The notes beneath the pieces are model-generated. The model was given only the letters and a program-made list of their open reading frames with translations. It was not told the DNA's origin and made no database searches. 64,000 nt of DNA from Podarcis cretensis. Its lineage: Eukaryota. The position numbers and the translations under genes were made by a program. The stretch lies in assembly GCA_951804945.1 (NCBI GenBank), contig OX638151.1, forward strand, positions 81,716,001 to 81,780,000. The letters run 5' to 3'. Positions 57,352 through 64,000 of this stretch are shown piece by piece; positions within the stretch are counted from its first letter, which is position 1; each line of letters begins with the position of its first letter.

Positions 57352-60300
57352 GTAGAGAGGGAAGGGAAGGCAGGTGCCCCCCAGCGAGGCGACTCTTCGC
57401 CCTTTCCTCGGCGAGGCAGAGAGCAGGGTCGAGGCTTGGCGACCGGGCATTGGAGGAGACTGCAGGGTCGGGGGACAGCAGCAGCAGCAGCAGCAGCAGG
57501 CAATACTGTAATGGCTTTGTTACCTTTAGGTCAGGGGCGTAGCCATTACTGTTGATTATTTCTATTACTAATTCCATTTCTATACCGCTTAATTTAAAAA
57601 TTTAAAGTTGCGAACAAGAAACGGAAGCTATAGCAGCAACTTAAGGAATAACCAGTTTTTTAAAAAACAACAACAAGCAATTGCATATGACAATACTACA
57701 ACTTTACTGCCAAATCGGGATTGGTTCCTTCTCCGCCCCACGCCTCTCACCCAGGGCCCAAATAAACTCACAGCTCTTCCACAAAAATTCCGGGAAGAGC
57801 TTGTTTGGAGGTTCTAGCAGGGGAGCGCAGCTATACCCTTGACTGAAGAACGGTACACTCCTATCTNNNNNNNNNNNNNNNNNNNNNNNNNNNNNNNNNN
57901 NNNNNNNNNNNNNNNNNNNNNNNNNNNNNNNNNNNNNNNNNNNNNNNNNNNNNNNNNNNNNNNNNNNNNNNNNNNNNNNNNNNNNNNNNNNNNNNNNNNN
58001 NNNNNNNNNNNNNNAGCTTCCTCAGGATGTCCCTTTTAGCAGTCGGGCAGCGCTCTCCACACCCAGTTCCAGGTACAGCAGGGTTGGTAAGTTGCCCAGG
58101 GGGTCCCAAAGGTGGGGAAAGGACATCTCACCACCCACCCCACTGTTCCTTCACCAGCCTCTGTCCTCTTTTCCTCCAGCTGCTTTCACCATAGCATTTG
58201 CATGCTGAGGAAAAGCTTTGCCAGCTGATTTTCTGCAGGAAAAGGAAAGTTGGTGTAAATAGTATAGTTTGTATATGGCATGCTTATGTTCACACTTCAC
58301 AGGAGTGGTGGAGACCCCATTAAGGCTGCATTTATATTCGTCTGAGCAATAGCATTTAGCAATAGCATCTAAGGGTTATTTGGATAGGCATGCTTGCTTC
58401 TGTTCTGTTTCTTCACATTTTTGGTGATGGAACATATACTGCTTTTTGACCCAAGAGGGGATGATGAGCAGGTGATGTCCTAGAATTGTTCTTGGATCCA
58501 CTTCTTAGATTTTTTTTACTGCCCTACCCTCTGTAGTGGACAGGACAAGAGTGTAGGAAATAGAAAAGCAACCTATATTTTTGTTCTATGGGGAAAAAAA
58601 CCAAGAACTTAGGTTTCTTTTCTTTTCGAAAACGAGTTTGTACTCCTGCGCTTTCTCATTTTAGCATTCTGGTTGCTGTGAATAGCAGGGCAGTTAACAC
58701 GGGTTGAACTGATAGAACTTTCTGGGTAAACAAGGCCTCAGCTCTGTTTTGCTAGTGGGCCTTGCAAAGATGGGAACAAGTGCTTGCCCTTATAAACATG
58801 TGCTCCACATGAGTTTGGCCATTCATGTGTAGCACAAGCTTGTCACAGGTCTGTAACTCAGGCATTTACACTCTGCATGTAAATGGGACAGTGGTATTTA
58901 TATGTGACAAGGTACTTGCGGAAATCTTATGCAGATGAGTGCTTTACCTGTGGCATTGTGTGTTTTGCATCTGAACATTTTAACTTAATATTTTAAATTC
59001 AGGTAGGTAGCCGTGTTGGTCAAAATAATAATAATAAAAATGTCCAGTAGCACCTTATAGACCAACTAAGTTTGTTCTGGTATAAGCTTTCGTGTGCATG
59101 CACACTTCTTCAGATACCTGCACACAAAAGCTTATTAATTTTTTTTAATTAATATTTGAAGTGAGACAATTTATAAATGAATGGGCAACAGTGGATGTAT
59201 GGTAACTGGTAGTTTGGAAAACATTGCGTTTTACATGTGAACGCATTAATGTATTAACATATCTTCCGTCTTTTTTCATTTAAAGATTTATTTGTTTTGA
59301 ATTACAGAAAAGAACTATTTTTCTTTCATAGTGTAGTAAGTGGTGATTTGTGTCGCACATGGGCCTCTTCATTGTAGTGTTTGAATCTTATTTTTATGAT
59401 CCTGTCAAATGTTTTAAAACTCAAGGTTACCTTTATTCTACTTTTGGAGTGATTTTATAGATGACTGTAAATGGACCAACATGGGAGGGCAGGTAGTTAG
59501 AATAACTGATTTATAGACTGTGGTTTGCAGCAGAAAGCAGTGGGATTACTACATCCATAGGTTATATACATAGGTTCAGACTCCAGTTAAAAGGGATCTC
59601 TCTACTTGAGATCTGGAGAGCATCTGACATTCAGAGCAGATGAAGGGTGGAACATGTCACCCTCCAGATGTTTTTGGACTCTGCCAACAACCCCAGCTAG
59701 CATGCCACAGGTTGACATCCCTGGAATAGACAACAAATACAAAAGTTTTATCAGTCACCTGACTTGGTTTAAGACACCTTTCCATGAGGATGTGAGCGCA
59801 TGATCAACACTAGATTGGGCAAACACTAAAAGGGTCATCCTTTATTTTTCTTGATACCTTGCAGTTCTTGAGAAGGCAGCAGGTCCTTCAGTTGTATAGA
59901 AAAATTCTGAAGGCTGTTCGTCAGGTGCCTAATGAAGCTGATCGCCTTTACCTCAGGGACTGGGCAAGGGAAGACTTCAAAAGAAACAAAGGTGCTACAG
60001 ACGAGGTGAGAAATACTTCTGGTTCTGCTGACTTGGTACACTGCAGTTGAAGGTTGAACCTGTATTCCTGGCTCATGAAGATGTCTTCTCTGAGACTTCC
60101 AAACAGCCTGTTCAGAACACCTCATAATGACTGGGAATAATTATCACTGTGTTTCACCTGCAAGAGGTGCCACGGTAGACTGGACAAATTTGGAATATTT
60201 GATTAAATGACTCAAGAATGGGCATTTCCAAGGCTGACTTACGTAAAACCCCAAACTGGTCATTGTGGTAAACCCTCTGAAGTATAATACTCAAATGAAT

Positions 60301-62862
60301 CCATCCCATGTGCTATATCCTTCCCTTACTAAAGGATAATCGTGGCTCAGAGTAGATTGGGAGGGGAGTAGTTGAGCCACATTGTTGTTGTTGTTTTTTA
60401 AATGATATTTATTAAAGTTTCGAATAAACACATATAAACACAAACACAAACAACAATAAAAACATACATAAACCAACACATTGGACCAGGTAGAACAGGG
60501 GTCAGCAACCTTCAGCCGTGGGCCGGTCCACCGTCCCTCAGACCATGTGGTGGGCTGGACTATATTTTTTGGGAGGGGGAATGAACAAATTCCTATCCCC
60601 CACAAATAACCCAGAGATACATTTTAAATAAAAGGACACATTCTACTCATGTAAAAACACGCTGATTCCCGGACCGTCCGAAGTCCAGATTTAGAAGGCG
60701 ATTGGGCTGCATCCGGCCCCTGGGCCTTAGGTTGCCTACCCCTGAGGTAGAATGTTGATAGCACCAAAGGCATTTGTTAGGTCAGCACTTCATCTGCAGA
60801 CAGATGTCACCAAGTTTAATATTCTTGTGTTTCACTCTTAAATACTGCTTCAGTATACTGCGGGCTTTCTCAACCTTGGGTCCCCATATGTTCTTGAACT
60901 ACAGCTCCCATAATCCCTGTCCACTGACCATGCTGGCTAGGTATGATGGGAGTTGTAGTAACAACATCTAGGGACCCAGAGTTGAGGAAGGCTGGTACAG
61001 TGGTACCTCTGGATGCAAACAGGATCCGTTCCGGAGCCCCTTTTGCATCCTGAAGTGAAGGCAACCCGTGTCTGCATGTGCACGGGTTGTGGTTCGCCGC
61101 TTCCGCACATGCGCGTGACATCATTTTGACCGTCTGCGCATGCACGAGCGGCGAAACCTGGAAGTAATGTGTTCCGTTACTTCTGGGTCGCTGTGGAGCG
61201 CAACCTGAAAATGCTCAACCCAAAGCTACTTCAACCCAAGGTATGACTGTATAGTGGATAGGTGGTTTTTAACAGCTCTGATACTTTTCTGTGGCCTTGA
61301 ACTTTTTTATGTATATATGTATGAATGTATGAGCTCCAGTGGCACAGTCTCATGACTGAATCCAATAATGATGTTAGGTGGTTAACAGGGTGTCCCTGCC
61401 CACCTGTCAGGTTAACTCTGTGTCCAGGGCAGCTGTCTACCAGCTCCACCTGGTACGCAGGCTAAGACCCTACCTTCCCGCGGACTGTCTCGCCAGAGTG
61501 GTGCATGCTCTGGTTATCTCACGCTTGGACTACTGCAACGCGCTCTACGTGGGGCTACCTTTGAAGGTGACCCGGAAACTGCAATTAATCCAGAATGCGG
61601 CAGCTAGACTGGTGACTGGGAGTGGCCGCCGGGACCACATAACACCGGTTCTGAGAGATCTGCACTGGCTCCCAGTACGTTTCCGAGCACGATTCAAAGT
61701 GTTGGTGCTGACCTTTAAAGCCCTAAACGGCCTCGGTCCTGTATACCTGAAGGAGCATCTCCACCCCCATCGTTCAGCCCGGACACTGAGATCCAGCGCC
61801 GAGGGCCTTCTGGCGGTTCCCTCATTGCGAGAAGTGAGGCTACAGGGAACCAGGCAGAGGGCCTTCTCGGTAGTGGCGCCCGACCTGTGGAACGCCCTCC
61901 CATCAGATGTCAAAGAGATAAAGAATTACCTGACATTCAGAAGACATCTTAAGGCAGCCCTGTTCAGGGAAGTTTTTAATATGTAATGCTGTATTGTTTT
62001 TAACACTGATTGGGAGCCGCCCAGAGTGGCTGGGGAAACTCAGCCAGATGGGCGGGGTATAAATAATAAATTATTATTATTATTATTGTTGCCTGTTGAG
62101 GTCAGGTTCCCCATCCCTGTCATAGAGATTCATTTGCCACACACACTGCCAGTATTCTGGCATCTTTTCAAGATATGTCTGTTTATCCTAGGCCCTGCAG
62201 AACAGTGACTGTTTTTATTAACACAATATGCCTCACCTGCTATAGTTGTCAGATTCTCTTAATGCTATATTACTGTTCATTTGCAGTTAGTGTGTGTGGT
62301 ACTCAGCCCTGAGCTCCTCTCAGAGGAAGGATGGTGTAAAATATAATAAGAATTAACTGCAATCATAGAACACTTAGGAGATGACCAAGAAACTTTATCT
62401 TGCATTCCCATTTCAAAAAGTTTATGCTGGTGCAACTGTTGGTTCTTTGCTTCCTAAACATATCTAGAAAACAGTAAACACAAGTTGTTGCTTTTGAGCC
62501 CATTTTAGCATGGTAGATCTTCAGGAGAGGAGCCGTAACATGCAGTATTGTTTGTTATGTGAAAGATCTTTCTGGTATGTAACATAAGCAGAGGCTTTTC
62601 TAAGTGCCCTCTAGGAGTAGCCCTAATATGTAGAGCAGCCTTTGGGGTGAGATCATTAGTTGCGAATTTTATGGATGTAAATATAGACTGATAAAACATT
62701 TGTTGAAATAGAACAGATTCAGTGTATGAATGCATATTGCCTTTGCATGTGCCTACTAAGTATATAATTTCTGCTTTGCAGGATACAATTAGGATGATGA
62801 TCACTCAGGGCAACCTACAGCTTGAAGAGCTTGAGAGAACACTAAAGCTGGCAAAATCATAG
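57307..62862 (+). CDS. LYRM2: LYR motif-containing protein 2 (3 exons, 88 aa)
   Basis: Spliced product MASSRLPPTALTLKQ/FLRRQQVLQLYRKILKAVRQVPNEADRLYLRDWAREDFKRNKGATDE/DTIRMMITQGNLQLEELERTLKLAKS; LYR motif; lies downstream of MDN1 as in other vertebrates. Confidence 0.96.
57477..57498. repeat. (CAG)n repeat in LYRM2 intron 1
   Basis: Direct reading. Confidence 0.85.
57867..58014. other. Assembly gap (148 N)
   Basis: Run of N. Confidence 1.
58998..59135 (-). mobile_element. Penelope-like element terminal fragment with short inverted copy
   Basis: ttcaggtaggtagccgtgttggtc..gtagcaccttatagaccaac..hammerhead; 59119-59135 is an inverted partial repeat of 59082-59098. Confidence 0.75.
59079..59118 (-). 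ncRNA. Minimal type I hammerhead ribozyme motif (Penelope-like element derived)
   Basis: Minus strand GGUAU-CUGAAGA-A-GUGUGCAUGCACAC-GAAA-GC-UU-AUACC: complete core, stem I, palindromic stem II, palindromic AGCU stem III. Confidence 0.8.
59865..60005 (+). CDS. LYRM2: LYRM2 exon 2
   Basis: cag|FLRRQQVLQLYRKIL..ATDE|gtgaga. Confidence 0.96.
60496..60744. mobile_element. hAT (Charlie-like) MITE
   Basis: TIRs caggggtcagcaacct / aggttgcctacccctg; perfect 8-bp TSD aggtagaa (60488-60495, 60745-60752). Confidence 0.92.
60862..60994. mobile_element. Short palindromic hAT-like MITE
   Basis: ctttctcaaccttgggtccc..actacagctcccat..atgggagttgtagt..gggacccagagttgaggaagg. Confidence 0.75.
60998..61249. 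mobile_element. Tigger-like MITE
   Basis: TA-cagtggtacctctgg...ccaaggtatgactg-TA. Confidence 0.8.
61408..62085 (+). mobile_element. L2 LINE 3' fragment, young (uninterrupted ORF2 end)
   Basis: ORF 61378-61986: SRLDYCNALYVGLP..DHITPVLRDLHWLP; CpGs retained; (TTA)n tail. Confidence 0.93.
62782..62862 (+). CDS. LYRM2: LYRM2 exon 3 (coding part)
   Basis: cag|DTIRMMITQGNLQLEELERTLKLAKS-TAG. Confidence 0.95.
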   Translation, partial: DTIRMMITQGNLQLEELERTLKLAKS

Positions 62863-63414
62863 TCTGATCATTCACTGATGGTGGAACACAATATGTGTTT
62901 TTTCAGTGTGTCTCCCTCAAAAGACTGCCATGGAAGGACCTCTCACACAACCAAACTGATTTCTGTGCAGACTCCCTTATTGGTAAGTAGACTTAAACAA
63001 AGCAGCTAGCACTGCTATAAGTGAGAGTGTTGAGATTTTTTTTAAGGTTCATGTGTGATGGGAAGCCGCTCATAAGAGGTTGAAACACAGGGAGATTTCT
63101 AGTTCTGAACTAGGTCTGTAATAATATGGGAGGTGTGCGCTATCTTAAGTAGTTGTTCTTAAGGTGCTGCTCTTGACACTTCTGAGGGCAGTTAACACTT
63201 CTGAAGTGCATAGAAACCCCCAGAGAGTGACCCATACACATCTAAACCTGTCTAAAAACAATGGGATACTCAAAATGAACAGAATGAAGGAAGCCTTTAG
63301 TAAATTTTTGATGAGACATTCTGTGTGTTTCCAGAGATGGAGGATAGTCAGTTATGCTTCTTGTTTCCAGCAGGCTTAGTGCAACCTAATATGTTTTTCC
63401 CTGCTCTGGATAGT

Positions 63415-63655
63415 TGGGCTTGAAACAATGGATTCAAGTTATAAGAATGGAGATTACAACTAAACATCAGGAGGAACTTTCTGACAGTAAGAGCAGTTCA
63501 ACAGTGGAACAGACTCCCATGGGAGCTTGTAGACTCTCCTTCCTTGGAGGTTTTCAAGCAGAGGTTGGATGGCTTTAGATGAGATTCTTCCATTGTAGGG
63601 GATTGGTTGGACCAGATGACCAGTGGGGAATCCCTTCTAACTCTATAATTCTGTA
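63415..63655 (+). mobile_element. CR1 LINE 3' fragment
   Basis: aggaggaactttctgacagtaagagc..tggaacagactccc..ttggaggttttcaagcagagg..cccttctaactctataattct. Confidence 0.85.
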
Positions 63656-63774
63656 ACGGGTAGATATTCAGTTACATTGTCTACTACGTCCTTCCATTCC
63701 ATTTTAAGACTGGTGAGATAACAGGTTCTATGTCTTCAACATCAGCCAACTTTTTTCCACCACTGCTCAGTTCT

Positions 63775-63920
63775 AACCTGACAAAGAGTTTTGGAGAACT
63801 CAAAAACCTGCAGACTTACTTTGTGATAGTGCACTATTAGCTTGTTTGGCCTACCTTAAATATGGATTTTGGTGTTAAAAATTGTTTTTTTAGCTATATC
63901 ACACAGCCCAACACCACCAC
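63775..63920 (+). mobile_element. Degenerate Penelope-like terminal fragment
   Basis: cctgacaaa-gagtt-ttggag-aactc-aaaaacctgca resembles a decayed hammerhead; boundaries approximate. Confidence 0.4.
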
Positions 63921-64000
63921 CTTCAAATTATAACCTAAGCACATTTAATAAGCTTATAGATTTATGGATTATCGGATTTAAATTCATTGTAGGATTTAAA

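Larger units (their letters stand above)
56930..57500. promoter_or_regulatory. CpG-island promoter of LYRM2
   Basis: Abrupt GC- and CpG-rich stretch in otherwise CpG-depleted DNA, with GC boxes (gggcgg/ccgccc), spanning LYRM2 exon 1. Confidence 0.85.

Noticed and set aside
56805-57577. Several overlapping 80-190 aa ORFs, including a TTG-started in-frame extension of LYRM2
   Set aside because: Expected stop-codon scarcity in a CpG island; only the ATG at 57307 matches LYRM2.
61378-61986. 202-aa ORF (and the 223-aa ORF at 33141-33812)
   Set aside because: 5'-truncated L2 ORF2 C-termini without ATG or RT core; not host genes.
62512-62650. Two loose hairpins with ACATAA between them in LYRM2 intron 2
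   Set aside because: Weak pairing and no ACA box; insufficient for an H/ACA call.

Overview
Squamate reptile genomic DNA, most likely a lacertid lizard judging from the Sauria/Squam1-, Squam2- and Squam3-type SINEs. Bases 473-54016 hold the last 62 coding exons of MDN1 (midasin/Rea1) on the + strand. I traced them by hand: all introns are GT-AG, the phases are consistent, and they total 10,686 nt (3561 aa plus stop), covering AAA6, the linker, the D/E-rich region and the MIDAS domain. A poly(A) signal lies at 54716. A CpG island and the complete three-exon LYRM2 gene (88 aa, 57307-62862, +) follow, matching the vertebrate MDN1-LYRM2 order. Introns contain SINEs, L2 and CR1 3' fragments, Tigger-type and hAT MITEs, Penelope-like terminal fragments and microsatellites; there is one 148-N gap. 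The two best leads are (1) an intact-core minimal hammerhead ribozyme from a Penelope-like element, antisense in LYRM2 intron 1, plus two decayed relatives, and (2) a candidate poison exon with an in-frame stop in an MDN1 intron, whose splice acceptor lies in the loop of a ~67-bp inverted repeat. Neither is proven, and I found no unambiguous new system.
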